In this document: piece by piece, positions 8,502 to 18,500 of the stretch
How positions within the stretch are numbered: position 1 is the stretch's first letter
How the letters are laid out: each line of letters opens with the position of its first letter
Assembly (NCBI GenBank): GCA_903923795.1
Contig: CAIXYX010000139.1
Location: 1-52,303 of the forward strand
Origin: an uncultured Candidatus Micrarchaeota archaeon
GTDB taxonomy: Archaea; Micrarchaeota; Micrarchaeia; Anstonellales; Anstonellaceae
Length of the DNA stretch: 52,303 nt
Reading direction: 5' to 3'
The notes under the pieces: generated by a model
Told to the model about the DNA's origin: nothing
Database searches by the model: none
Seen by the model: the letters and a program-made list of their open reading frames with translations, nothing else
Translations under genes and position numbers: made by a program

Positions 8502-11237
8502 TCAGCGGCGCTCCCCGAATTCTCGCATGAATCTCTCGTATTCCATCGACTCACTGTCGGTGATGGACGGCCTTCTGCTTCCGACGAGCTGCATCACTTC
8601 CTCCGTCGAGAGGATTGGTTTCTCTTTGCTTATGTGCAGGCGCACGAGGCGAGTTTTCACTTCCTGCGCGACTGACACGAGGTCGGCGCCGGAGAAGCCG
8701 GGCGTCGCTTGGGCGAGGCGGCCGAAGTCGAGTTTCGGCAATAGCGGCGAGAGGGCCTTCTTCAATATCTCCTCGCGGCTCGCAGCATCTGGCGGCGGGA
8801 TATAGAGAATCTTGTCAAAACGGCCCGGGCGCAATAGCGCGGCATCCATCAGAGAGGGCTTGTTCGTGGCGCCGATGATTATGACATTCTTGAGCTCTTT
8901 GAGACCATCCATCTCCTGCAAGAGTTGAGTGAGTATAGGCGAGGAATAACCAGTGCGCGAGGGCGTCAAACTCTCGATTTCGTCGAAGAATATGAGCGCG
9001 GGCGTCTGCTCGCGCGCGCGGTTGAATGTCTCGCGCAGACTCTCTATGGCTGAATCAGAGCCGCCCTTTAGCAAATCTGCGCCGGAGAGCGAGAGGAATG
9101 TTGCGTTGAGCTGGTGAGATGCGGCGCGCACTATCATCGTCTTGCCGCAGCCGGGCGGTCCGAAGAGGAGAAGGCCGCGAATCGGTTTGAGCTGGTATTC
9201 GGCCATGAGTTCTGGGTGAAGAAGAGGAAGCTCGACTGCTTCATGCAATGCTTTTCTAACGTCGCCCAAGCCCACGACATCGTCCCATTTGACTTCGGCA
9301 AGATTAACCTCGGGCGCCTCCTCCTCCACGCGTCTTTCGAAGTCGAGGCGGAATTTCTCATATTCTGCCAAATGCGAGATGTGTGTCGAGGGCTTGAGGT
9401 ATTTTAGCACGGCCAGGAGATTTTTCTGCGAGAGCGCGATGATTTGGTTCTTCGCGGCCGCCTCGCGCGCAGTCTGCCGAATTGCCTCAGTCATGACGTT
9501 GGCCAAGTCCGCGCCGGAGTATCGCTCGGTCATGGAAGCAATCTTCTTGAAGTCGACATCGCCGCCGAGCGGCACGTCTTTGACATGCGAGCGCAATATC
9601 TGCTCGCGGCTGGCCAAGTCCGGCAGAGGCATGTAGATGACTTTGTCAAATCTTCCCGGTCGCAATATGGCGGCATCCAATTTGTTCGGCGCGTTCGTCG
9701 CGCCCATGACGATGACATGCTTTGTGCCAGTCGTCGGCACGCTATCCATCTCCAAAAGGAGCTGGTTCAGCGCAGTGTAATGGGCCGAATTCTCCTCGGA
9801 CATGGAGGAGCGGCTTCGCGCGATGGAGTCTATCTCGTCGAAGAATAGGATACAGGGCGCGTTCTTTCGCGCCGTGGCGAAAAGCTCGGCGATGTTCTTC
9901 TCGGTCTCGCCGAACCATTTCGAGGTGAGGTCAGAGCATTTCACGTAGTAGAAGCCAAGATTCATCTCTTTGGCCAGAGCTTTCATTATGAAAGTCTTGC
10001 CCGTGCCCGGAGGTCCGAAGAGGAGGATGCCGTTTGGCGGCTTGATGCCATATGTGACGGCGAGCTTCTTGTTCGAGAGCGGAGTGACGATGGCTTCGCG
10101 CAATTCGCGCTTGACGCTCTCATATCCGCCAACCTGCGCCAATGACTCCGGCCCGCCGGATGCGGTGGCGAGGTCCTCCACGCCAAGAAATCCGAATTTC
10201 TTTGTCTTCTCCTTGTGCCTCTCGATGCGCTCGCGCGCGATGTCGAGGTGGCCAGCTTCCATCAGGTAGAGAAGGATGAGCGTGAAGGCAGTGTAAATCA
10301 GCATCTCGTAGGGGAATGGAATATTGTACATAGATGCTATTGCGAAATGGGCGAGAGGGATGATGACGATGACCGCACCTGCCATGAGCTGGCGGTGCAC
10401 GCCCTTCACCACGCCGGGGATGTAACCGATGAGGAAGAGGGTGCCGGCCCACGCCAAGAGTTGAAGCAGAGCCGCATCCTCGACCAATAATTTGTAGCTG
10501 TTGTTGGCCACCTGCACGAGAGCCGGATTCACCATGTGGATTGTGTCGGCGCTGATGAGGTTGCCCATTGCGGAAATGGCCGCGGACGGCAAGGCCGCCA
10601 CATCGGGAATCGGCAGTCGGTCGCGCGCGAGCACAAGCTCTCCGCCCGAGGTGAGCGCCGGAGCGTAGATGCTGTTCGCAGGATCAAGGCTTTTGGTGAG
10701 CATGAATGCGGAATTTGGCGTGAGCCACAGAGTCGATAAGAGGAGGATGAAGAACACGGCAGGTAATGAGATGAAGATAGAGCGCTTCGAGCCGCCGTAC
10801 AATGCGCCCAGTGTGAGGCCGAACTGCACGAACCCTCCGAGGAAAATCAGCGGGAATGGGGCGAATGGCGCGCAGATGATGATTTCGAGAAATGATATCA
10901 GATACCAGTCTTTGAAAGCTTTGAAGAGCGTGAGACTGATGATTAGAGTATACAGCCAGGCAAAGATGGGCGCCTGGTACGCGATGGCGGGAAAGGCGAG
11001 AAGAACGCCCAAGATGGTGCCGACAAACGGGTGCTCGGGCAATGCATATGCAAGGATTCCGCATGCGCCGGCGAGGATGAAGGTGAGCCAGACGGGATAG
11101 AAATAGAAGAGGTTGAGGAGAAAGAGTGCACCCAGGAAAATGAGGAGGGCGGGCCATAATGCGTCGTTCTCCTGCAATGTTGCCTGCAGTGCTTTGAGCC
11201 TCGTGCCGCTTAGACTGGCCGGGGGTGCAGACGCCAT
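8502..11237 (-). CDS. Cdc48/VAT-like tandem AAA+ ATPase with a polytopic N-terminal membrane domain
   Basis: Two AAA modules (GPPGTGKT/ILFFDEID/ILRPGRFD and GPPGCGKT/LIFFDEIE/LLRPGRFD) after ~330 hydrophobic residues. Start moved to MASAPP (11237) because the longer ORF overlaps tRNA-Arg. Confidence 0.92.
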   Translation of the reverse strand: MASAPPASLSGTRLKALQATLQENDALWPALLIFLGALFLLNLFYFYPVWLTFILAGACGILAYALPEHPFVGTILGVLLAFPAIAYQAPIFAWLYTLIISLTLFKAFKDWYLISFLEIIICAPFAPFPLIFLGGFVQFGLTLGALYGGSKRSIFISLPAVFFILLLSTLWLTPNSAFMLTKSLDPANSIYAPALTSGGELVLARDRLPIPDVAALPSAAISAMGNLISADTIHMVNPALVQVANNSYKLLVEDAALLQLLAWAGTLFLIGYIPGVVKGVHRQLMAGAVIVIIPLAHFAIASMYNIPFPYEMLIYTAFTLILLYLMEAGHLDIARERIERHKEKTKKFGFLGVEDLATASGGPESLAQVGGYESVKRELREAIVTPLSNKKLAVTYGIKPPNGILLFGPPGTGKTFIMKALAKEMNLGFYYVKCSDLTSKWFGETEKNIAELFATARKNAPCILFFDEIDSIARSRSSMSEENSAHYTALNQLLLEMDSVPTTGTKHVIVMGATNAPNKLDAAILRPGRFDKVIYMPLPDLASREQILRSHVKDVPLGGDVDFKKIASMTERYSGADLANVMTEAIRQTAREAAAKNQIIALSQKNLLAVLKYLKPSTHISHLAEYEKFRLDFERRVEEEAPEVNLAEVKWDDVVGLGDVRKALHEAVELPLLHPELMAEYQLKPIRGLLLFGPPGCGKTMIVRAASHQLNATFLSLSGADLLKGGSDSAIESLRETFNRAREQTPALIFFDEIESLTPSRTGYSSPILTQLLQEMDGLKELKNVIIIGATNKPSLMDAALLRPGRFDKILYIPPPDAASREEILKKALSPLLPKLDFGRLAQATPGFSGADLVSVAQEVKTRLVRLHISKEKPILSTEEVMQLVGSRRPSITDSESMEYERFMREFGERR

Positions 11238-11277
11238 AGGAGCGAAAAGGCATGTATTGTTTTTAAAACGAGAATAA

Positions 11278-11352
11278 CGGGCTCGGCAGGATTTGAACCC
11301 ACGACCTGCTGGTCCGAAGCCAGCCGCTCTATCCAAACTGAGCTACGAGCCC
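11278..11352 (-). tRNA. tRNA-Arg (anticodon TCG)
   Basis: Minus strand reads GGGCTCGTAGCTCAGTTTGGATAGAGCG GCTGG CTTCGGA CCAGC AGGTCGTGGGTTCAAATCCTGCCGAGCCCG, a full cloverleaf. Confidence 0.97.
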
Positions 11353-11403
11353 GTAATATTATAATTACAGTAGCGGCGGTTTTATTCCTATAGGGGTCCG
11401 TCG

Positions 11404-12606
11404 CTATTTTTTCTGTCTCTTCTTCACCTGCGCTTTCAAATCCTGCAGCACGTTCATGTAATTTATGAACGACTCAAATGGAGATTCGTACGGCGAGAAA
11501 TAGTTGTGCACGTCCTGGTCGGAGAGGGATTTGGTGCAGCAGTAATAGAGATGGTCGGAGTTCTGCAGATGCCGCCACGTGCGCAGCAAATCAGGGTCGT
11601 TGAGTGCTTTCACCGGCGCCTCGAGGCTCGTCAATTCGCTAAAGGCCGCGCGTTGCATGTCATTGCCAAGCCACGCAGAGGTGTCGCGCTCGTTGTCGGC
11701 CCAGCTTATCACAGATGGCGCAGCCACCTCGCCCTTTGGCTCTACAGTAGTCGCGATGTCGGTCGGCGTGGCGAAAGACAAGTGATTATATTTCGAGATT
11801 TCGCCGGGCAGCTCTTTTAGAAAACTGAATATGCCGGTGTCCTCCCAGTGGTGCTCGCCGAAAGTCTCGTAATCCATGAAAAGATTCACGCAGTCCCCCT
11901 GCAAGTCAGAGAGCCATTTGGCGTATTTCGGCGCCGTGAGGGGGTATTCGTTCCAGCTTTTCTGCGAGAATCGGTAGCCTATGTCGTCCGAGAGTTTGTA
12001 ATGGCGCAAGAGTGCGCGGATGTTCGAGCAGCCCTGCACAGAATAGGCGTATGTCGGCGAGCGCCAGCCCAGCATCTGGTCAAGCCCCTCGGCCATGATG
12101 CCCTTGTATCCCATCGACTCGGCCCAATGCGCTATGTCGTTCGAGAACATGGCCTCGGTGTTTCGGAACACTGACGGCTTGGCGCAGAATGGGGCGATGG
12201 CGGCCTGGTGCAATTTCACCTGCTCGGTGAATTCGGTCTTCTCGGTGAAGAGGGATGAGAGCGAATGGTAGTAAGTCTCGGAGAGGAATTCGACGCGCCC
12301 CGTGCGTCCGAGAGCTGCAAAAGATTCCGCCACTTCGGGCATGTAGAGGCGCGCCTGCTCAAGAAATACGCCGGTGATGGAGAAGCTGACTTTCATCTCG
12401 GGATGTTTTTCCAGGAGTTCAAGCAAGAGGCGGTTGGCTGGAAGATAGCATTTGCTCGCCACTTTCGCCATGATTTGCCGATTCAGGTCGTGGTTGAAAT
12501 AGCGCTGGAACAACTCATCGCCGCCGCCCGCCGCACCGGATTCGAACACCGAGAATGGGGCGAGGCGCATCGGCTGATGGACCTGGAAATAAAAGCAGAC
12601 TTTCAT
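11404..12606 (-). CDS. Glycoside hydrolase family 57 (alpha-amylase-like)
   Basis: FQVHQP, ETYYHSL, FRNTE (nucleophile) and FMDYETFGEH (acid/base) conserved regions. Confidence 0.95.
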   Translation of the reverse strand: MKVCFYFQVHQPMRLAPFSVFESGAAGGGDELFQRYFNHDLNRQIMAKVASKCYLPANRLLLELLEKHPEMKVSFSITGVFLEQARLYMPEVAESFAALGRTGRVEFLSETYYHSLSSLFTEKTEFTEQVKLHQAAIAPFCAKPSVFRNTEAMFSNDIAHWAESMGYKGIMAEGLDQMLGWRSPTYAYSVQGCSNIRALLRHYKLSDDIGYRFSQKSWNEYPLTAPKYAKWLSDLQGDCVNLFMDYETFGEHHWEDTGIFSFLKELPGEISKYNHLSFATPTDIATTVEPKGEVAAPSVISWADNERDTSAWLGNDMQRAAFSELTSLEAPVKALNDPDLLRTWRHLQNSDHLYYCCTKSLSDQDVHNYFSPYESPFESFINYMNVLQDLKAQVKKRQKK

Positions 12607-12618
12607 CGCTAAACCTCG

Positions 12619-13818
12619 TCAGATTTTTTTATAAGCGAGCATCGCTTCAGTATAGACATCCTCGGTCTCCTTCGCGCATTTCTCCCATGTCAGTTTCTTC
12701 AAATCGTCCGGGCCCATGCTCACCATGGTATCGCGCAATGGCGCGTAATCAAGCACAGCCAGTATCTTGCCGGCCATGCCCTGTATGTCCCAGAAATCGA
12801 CCTTGAGCGCGGACTTGACAACTTCGCCGACGCCCGAAGTCTTGGAGATTATGATGGGCGTGCCGGATGCCATGGCCTCGAGCGCAGTTATTCCGAACGG
12901 CTCGGATGTGGAGGGCATGACATAGACATCGGCCGCCGAATAGATGCGCTTCTGGTCCTCGTCGGGGAGGAAACCCAAAAAGCGCACATGCTCTGACAAG
13001 CCCAGTTCGAGGGAGAGCGAGATGAGCAACGGGAGAAGCTCGCCGCTCCCCGCCACGAAGAAGATGACATCAGACCGTTTGTCGAGCACTTTCTTCGCCG
13101 CATGCAGAAATTGCACCGGGCCCTTTTGCTCGGTGAGCCTCCCTAAGAAAAGGACAACATGCTTTCCATCAGTCTGCACGCTGAGTTTTGGTTTCGGTTC
13201 GGCGGCTTGATGAATACCGGGATATTTGCCGGCATCCACGCCGTTGTACACCACGCGTATTTTCGAGCTGTTCGCGCCCAAATGAGAAACAAGCTGGTCT
13301 CGCGTGCGCGCCGACACGGCGATGATGAGATTGGCGTCTTCTGCCGCCTGCCTCTCGATGCGCACTATGGAGTCCCAAGGCGTCGAGGTGCGGTCGAATT
13401 CTGTCGAATGAAATGTCTGCACAAGAGGCCGACGGATGAGGCTGCGCGCCTTCTCGCCCCCAGGCGCGGTGAGCCAGTCATGGCAGTGGATGACGTCATA
13501 GGGGATTTTGGCGTGCTCATCCCCGACCATTTTGGCGGCCTGCAGGTTGTACACCTCGACGGCCTTAATCAGCCCCTCGCCATAGGTGGCCAGTTTGCCT
13601 TTTTTGTTGAAAGAGAAATACGGCTGCAGGACGGATGGGGAGGTCTCGATGAGGCGGATGGATGCGTGCGGGCTCGAGAGGGTTTTTCCGCTCGACGGCA
13701 GATAGAAGTCGATTTTGTGCCCCATGTTTGCGAGGCGTTGCGTTAGCTCGAAGCAGTGGACGCCCAATCCCCCCGAGATGAATGGCGGGAATTCCCAGCC
13801 CAGCATGGCTATGCGCAT
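12619..13818 (-). CDS. GT4 glycosyltransferase (glycogen-synthase-like)
   Basis: LGWEFPP..GGLG, IHCHDWLT, GRLTEQKG and EPFGITALEAMA motifs. Co-oriented with GH57. Confidence 0.93.
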   Translation of the reverse strand: MRIAMLGWEFPPFISGGLGVHCFELTQRLANMGHKIDFYLPSSGKTLSSPHASIRLIETSPSVLQPYFSFNKKGKLATYGEGLIKAVEVYNLQAAKMVGDEHAKIPYDVIHCHDWLTAPGGEKARSLIRRPLVQTFHSTEFDRTSTPWDSIVRIERQAAEDANLIIAVSARTRDQLVSHLGANSSKIRVVYNGVDAGKYPGIHQAAEPKPKLSVQTDGKHVVLFLGRLTEQKGPVQFLHAAKKVLDKRSDVIFFVAGSGELLPLLISLSLELGLSEHVRFLGFLPDEDQKRIYSAADVYVMPSTSEPFGITALEAMASGTPIIISKTSGVGEVVKSALKVDFWDIQGMAGKILAVLDYAPLRDTMVSMGPDDLKKLTWEKCAKETEDVYTEAMLAYKKI

Positions 13819-13914
13819 AAATGACCCCGAACACTCCCAAAACCTGATGGAGGAGCGAATGGAGCGGGGAGTTAAAAAGATGTCTTTTTATGCCTCGGCG
13901 GAGAATAATTGGGT

Positions 13915-14727
13915 ATGGATGGAAAAATCTCACCGCCAAATACCGCGGCGCTTTTCGACGTGCACACCCACCACCCCGAAAAAACAACAATTGGCGCAAA
14001 GCATTCGTTCGTCGCGTCGGGCTTCTCGCACGAGTCGAATGAGGAAGTGATTGCTTATTCGAGGAAGACCGGCTGCCTGTTCTCTTATGGCTTGGGGCCG
14101 CAGGAGATACAACGGGAAGACAGATATCCGGACCTGGAGAAAGCGATTGGCGCAATCGAGAAGCAGGTCGAAAATGCCATGGCTGATGCCGCACTTCGAA
14201 ACAGGCTGGTTGCCATCGGCGAAGTGGGCCTCGACAAACACTGGGGCAAGACGACGGCGGAGCGCGAGCGGCAGTTTTTGGCACTTGAGAGGATGATAAC
14301 GCTCGCGGGCCGCCATTCGCTCCCGCTCATCATCCATTCACGAGACGCGGAAAGCGAATGCATCAGGCAATTGCTCGCGGCGCAGGCGTTGCACGCGTCC
14401 GGCGGGCCGCGGCCATCAGCGGTCGCACATGCGAGCGGCCTGCGCATCATCATGCACTGCTTCGGCGGCAAATTGGAGGAGGCGAAATTGGCGGCTAACG
14501 CGGGCTGGCTCATCTCCATCCCCCCGCAGGCGAATTCGGAGAGGAAAAGAATAATCAAGGCGCTGCCAATCGAATCGCTCGTTGTCGAATCCGACGCGCC
14601 ATACATCGGCAAAACGAGCGAAGACACGATGAAAAGCGCGGAGATGATTGCGCGATACAAGGAGATGGAATTGGAGGACGTGCTGAAGAAGACGGCGGAG
14701 AATGCGCGAAAGATTTTTCGATTCTAA
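13915..14727 (+). CDS. TatD-family metal-dependent nuclease
   Basis: DVHTH, AIGEVGLD, IIHSRDA, IMHCFGG and VESDAPY motifs. Confidence 0.93.
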   Translation: MDGKISPPNTAALFDVHTHHPEKTTIGAKHSFVASGFSHESNEEVIAYSRKTGCLFSYGLGPQEIQREDRYPDLEKAIGAIEKQVENAMADAALRNRLVAIGEVGLDKHWGKTTAERERQFLALERMITLAGRHSLPLIIHSRDAESECIRQLLAAQALHASGGPRPSAVAHASGLRIIMHCFGGKLEEAKLAANAGWLISIPPQANSERKRIIKALPIESLVVESDAPYIGKTSEDTMKSAEMIARYKEMELEDVLKKTAENARKIFRF

Positions 14728-14760
14728 CGGCGGCAAGCCACAGGATGGGAAGTGAGTGAG

Positions 14761-15384
14761 ATGGGCCACCAGAAATTCAACGCGAAAAAAATCATGAATT
14801 CAGTCTGCACAAAAAGCGAGGGCATAGACGGCAAACCGTACTTTCCCCCCGGCTCGAGGGAATTTCGGGTATTGGGCGTGCTCAATGGCACCAAGGCGGA
14901 ATTCGAGCGGATGGCCGGCGTGCTCGAGAATCAGGCGCCTGCCCATTCATATCATATCAAGGTGGCCGCCAACATGCTCTGGGGCTGCGAGAAGTGGGCC
15001 TATGCTGCAGGGGTTGAGAGCCGTCATTTCACGCAAGAACTCAAATACATGGTCGAACTCGCATACAGGACGCTGTATGTCATCCACCAGACAGAAGGCA
15101 AGACTCCGGAATCGCGGGAGAAGGTGTCGATGGTCCTTATAGCATATGCCGGGAGATCCGACCACCCCGGCCTGCCGACCGCGATTATCCGTTTCTTTGC
15201 GCAGTTGGGGCAGGAGAGGGAGAAAGAAGGGGATTTGGACGGGAAGATTTGGATGGGGGAGAGAATCGCAGATGTCATGGACATTGCCGAATCGAGGCGG
15301 GAGATTGACCCCGGATGGAACGAGGTGATGAGAGAGGGTTATCGGGCGCTCGACAAGCTCGGCCTTGAGATGGAGATTGCGTGA
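14761..15384 (+). CDS. Hypothetical protein (predicted helical)
   Basis: ~207-aa ORF filling the gap between TatD and the ABC ATPase. No recognised motif. Confidence 0.6.
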   Translation: MGHQKFNAKKIMNSVCTKSEGIDGKPYFPPGSREFRVLGVLNGTKAEFERMAGVLENQAPAHSYHIKVAANMLWGCEKWAYAAGVESRHFTQELKYMVELAYRTLYVIHQTEGKTPESREKVSMVLIAYAGRSDHPGLPTAIIRFFAQLGQEREKEGDLDGKIWMGERIADVMDIAESRREIDPGWNEVMREGYRALDKLGLEMEIA

Positions 15385-15466
15385 TTTTGGGAAAAACCAT
15401 ATATACTACGAGCAGATGATTATACATTACGCGATTGAATCCGCTTAGGCGCCAAGGTTGGGTCTT

Positions 15467-16438
15467 ATGTCCATCAAGATAGACAATCTCACCAAGAAGT
15501 TCGGCCACCTCATCGCCGTAGATAATCTCTCACTCGAGATTAACAAGGGCGAGATTTTCGGCCTTCTTGGCCCGAACGGCGCGGGCAAAACAACGCTTCT
15601 CTCCATGCTCGGCGTGCTCGTGATTCCGACGAGCGGTTCAGCGACCGTTGACGGACATGACATAGTGCGCGAGCCGCTGGCCGTGCGCCGGTGCATCGGC
15701 ATGGTGTTTCAGGGCGGCTCTTTGGACAACCTCCTCACGGCGCGCGAGAACCTCGAATTGCATGCGCGCCTTTTCGGAGTGCCAAAAGAGATGCGAAAAA
15801 AACGCATCGCCGAGGCGCTCGAGCTCGTCGAGCTGACAGATAGGGCAGATGACCGCGCGGGGAATTTCTCCGGCGGCATGAAGCGGCGCCTCGAAATCGC
15901 GCGGGCCCTGCTCCATCATCCGGCAGTGCTCTATCTTGACGAGCCCACCGTAGGGCTAGACCCGCAGACGAGAGAGCATATCTGGGCGTACATAAAGAAA
16001 CTGGCAAAGGCCGAGAGCATGACCATCATACTCACAACGCATTACATGGAGGAGGCCGACCTGCTCTGCGATCGGATAGCGCTCATAGACCATGGAAAGA
16101 TAGTTGCGCTCGACACGCCCGCGGGCCTGAAGAAGCGGATGGGCGGGGATCGGGTGAAATTGAAATGCGCCAAAGCTTGCAGCACCGCAACGCTCGAGCG
16201 CCTGCGCAAACTTCCGTTCGTCAAATCAGTCTCGGCTGAAGAAGGCCATCTGACCCTTGTGGTGGAGAATGCCCCCTTGCATTTGCAGAACATATTGCAT
16301 GAGGCGGGAGCTGTCGAGGAGGTGCATGTGCTGCCCGCCTCGCTCAACGAGGTGTTCCTCCAATTCACGGGGCACGAGATAAGAAACGAGTCGGCCGAAG
16401 AGGACGACGCGCAGTCGCAGTGGTCGGCGCACCGGTAG
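15467..16438 (+). CDS. ABC-2 type exporter ATP-binding protein (DrrA-like)
   Basis: GPNGAGKTT, FSGGMKRRLEIA, LYLDEPTVGLDP and LTTHYMEEA motifs. Confidence 0.96.
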   Translation: MSIKIDNLTKKFGHLIAVDNLSLEINKGEIFGLLGPNGAGKTTLLSMLGVLVIPTSGSATVDGHDIVREPLAVRRCIGMVFQGGSLDNLLTARENLELHARLFGVPKEMRKKRIAEALELVELTDRADDRAGNFSGGMKRRLEIARALLHHPAVLYLDEPTVGLDPQTREHIWAYIKKLAKAESMTIILTTHYMEEADLLCDRIALIDHGKIVALDTPAGLKKRMGGDRVKLKCAKACSTATLERLRKLPFVKSVSAEEGHLTLVVENAPLHLQNILHEAGAVEEVHVLPASLNEVFLQFTGHEIRNESAEEDDAQSQWSAHR

Positions 16439-16483
16439 AAGAATGGAGATTTGGGGAAGAAGGCAATACTTAGGGGTTTGTTC

Positions 16484-17239
16484 ATGTCAGCACTCGAAGG
16501 CATTCTGGCTATTTGGCAGCGCGAATTCATAGTCTACACGCGCGAGCGGGAGCGCTCCATATCGTCCGTGGTCACGCCGCTGATTTGGCTTTTTGCGTTT
16601 GGCGCGGGCCTCGGCGCGTCAATCTCGATTTCGGGCCTGAACTACCAGCAATTCATATTCCCCGGCATAATGGCCATGAACGTGCTCTTCACGTCGATGT
16701 TCTATGGCATGTATGTGGTGTGGGACAAGAAACTGGATGTGCTAAAGGAAATCCTCATCGCGCCGCAGCCGAGGTGGGTGGCATTCACGGGAAAAGTGCT
16801 TGGCGGATTGACCATCTGCGCGGTGCAGGTCACCATACTGATGATTGTCGGCGCGCTGTTCATGAACATCCCAATCACTCCGATGTCATATTTGTTCGCC
16901 TTGTTCGGGGCTTTGCTCTTCGGCGTGGGCAGCGCATCATTGGGGCTTTTCATCGGCGCCAACCTCAACTCGCCGGATTCGTTCAGCCTTGTGATGAGCT
17001 TTGTGATGTGGCCGCTCTTCCTCACATCGGGGGCGCTCTACACCATCGACAAGCTGCCCGCTTATCTGCACGCTGTCGTGTCGGTGAACCCGATGGCGTA
17101 CGGCGTTGATTTGATGCGCGGCGCGCTCCTTGGCACATGGAATTATGGGCCGATGCTTGATGTCGGCGTGCTGCTGCTGTTTGGCGCGGTGTTCTTCTGG
17201 CTTGGCAAGTCGGCATTCGAGAAGATGAATCTGGGATGA
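16484..17239 (+). CDS. ABC-2 type exporter permease
   Basis: About six TM helices, FIFPGIMA, and NPMAYGVDLMRGALLG. Directly follows the ATPase. Confidence 0.94.
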   Translation: MSALEGILAIWQREFIVYTRERERSISSVVTPLIWLFAFGAGLGASISISGLNYQQFIFPGIMAMNVLFTSMFYGMYVVWDKKLDVLKEILIAPQPRWVAFTGKVLGGLTICAVQVTILMIVGALFMNIPITPMSYLFALFGALLFGVGSASLGLFIGANLNSPDSFSLVMSFVMWPLFLTSGALYTIDKLPAYLHAVVSVNPMAYGVDLMRGALLGTWNYGPMLDVGVLLLFGAVFFWLGKSAFEKMNLG

Positions 17240-17316
17240 GGGACAGATAGGGCTGGCCATGGCGAACAGGACGCACGCCGGGGAAGAAATAGTTTTATAT
17301 GCCTCCGCCGTGTTGT

Positions 17317-17805
17317 ATGAGCATGACAAACTCCTTTTTTGACCGCCTGTTCGGGGCCACCCCGAAAATCGCGCATCCGTACCACCCCAACCGCAGAATC
17401 GCGCTTCTGGTAGATGGGCCCAACATTATCAGACGGGATGTGCGCATCGACTTGCTCTCCGTGCGAAAGCTTGTCGAGCAGCACGGGCAGATTAAAGTTG
17501 CCAAAGTGTTCTTGGACCAGTACGCCTCCGACAAGCTAATCGAGGCCATGGTGAATCAGGGCTATGAACCGGTGCTCACAACCGGCGATGTTGACGTGAC
17601 AATGGCGGTCGAGGCGGCGGTGCAGGCATTCAACCCGCACATCGACACCATCGCGCTCATGACGCGCGACATAGACTTTAGGCCCGTTTTGGTGAAAGCG
17701 AAAGAGCTTGGCAAGAGCACGATTGTCATCGGAACAGAACCGGGCTTTTCGGTCGGATTGAGGAACACGGCAGATATAGTGATAATCGCGCCAAGCACTA
17801 AATGA
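17317..17805 (+). CDS. NYN/LabA-domain protein (PIN-like)
   Basis: IALLVDGPN, GDVDVTMAVEA, LMTRDIDFRP and LRNTADIV motifs. Confidence 0.9.
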   Translation: MSMTNSFFDRLFGATPKIAHPYHPNRRIALLVDGPNIIRRDVRIDLLSVRKLVEQHGQIKVAKVFLDQYASDKLIEAMVNQGYEPVLTTGDVDVTMAVEAAVQAFNPHIDTIALMTRDIDFRPVLVKAKELGKSTIVIGTEPGFSVGLRNTADIVIIAPSTK

Positions 17806-17918
17806 GCGGGACAAAACCTGTTTGCGCGCCTCATTCTACAACGTCGTTGTCCTCACGGCACATTTATAAATCTCACAAGATTAGCACGGGCCATACCCGA
17901 AAAGATGGAGGGGTTTTG

Positions 17919-18299
17919 ATGTCACGTTGGATGGTTTTCCCTATTTTGGCGCTTATCTTGGCTGTCTCGCTCACGCCCGTAGCCTTCGCGCAGGAGGTGA
18001 ACAACACCACCATCAATGCGTCCGGTGATAGCAGCAGCGTGACATACGAGACGAACCCGCTCTCTGACAAGAATGGCAAGATTTGTGTGTTCATAACAGA
18101 CTGGGTGCTGCGCGCGGTGTTCATGGTCGTGCTGCTCGTCTTCATCTGCGGCGTGGCCATCATCTCGGGCGCGGCATTCCCCGAATGGAGAAACTACGGC
18201 TCCAAGATGATCTTGGGCTCGCTCGGCGCGGTCGTGCTGTATATAATAGGCATCGCGGCGCTCAAATTCCTCATGGGCATGAGCCTGTGCGGGCTTTAG
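17919..18299 (+). CDS. VirB2/TrbC-like pilin
   Basis: Sec signal peptide (..PVAFA|QE), two hydrophobic helices joined by a short charged loop (PEWRNYGSKM), flanking Cys. TATA TTTATAAA at 17863 and SD GGAGG. First gene of an operon ending in a VirB4-like ATPase. Confidence 0.7.
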   Translation: MSRWMVFPILALILAVSLTPVAFAQEVNNTTINASGDSSSVTYETNPLSDKNGKICVFITDWVLRAVFMVVLLVFICGVAIISGAAFPEWRNYGSKMILGSLGAVVLYIIGIAALKFLMGMSLCGL

Positions 18300-18311
18300 G
18301 GGGGATGGGGT

Positions 18312-18500
18312 ATGGCGGCGGCATTGGGCGGTTTGATTGACAGCCTCGACATGCTCACCAACATATTGCTTCTCATAGTGTTGGCGGTCTCGGTGGCGAT
18401 GTACGCGTACCCCGACCCGAGCGTGCGGCACAACGGGCTGGTGGCCTTTTTGGTCACTCTCCTCGCGGCCGCGCTCACCAACATCAAGATTCCGGTGTGA
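18312..18500 (+). CDS. Small two-TM membrane protein
   Basis: 62 aa, two hydrophobic helices. Its stop overlaps the next gene start. Confidence 0.75.
   Translation: MAAALGGLIDSLDMLTNILLLIVLAVSVAMYAYPDPSVRHNGLVAFLVTLLAAALTNIKIPV

Noticed and set aside
11238..11336. N-terminal extension of the AAA ATPase ORF given in the ORF track
   Set aside because: It overlaps the tRNA-Arg gene; the ATG at 11237 is the plausible start.
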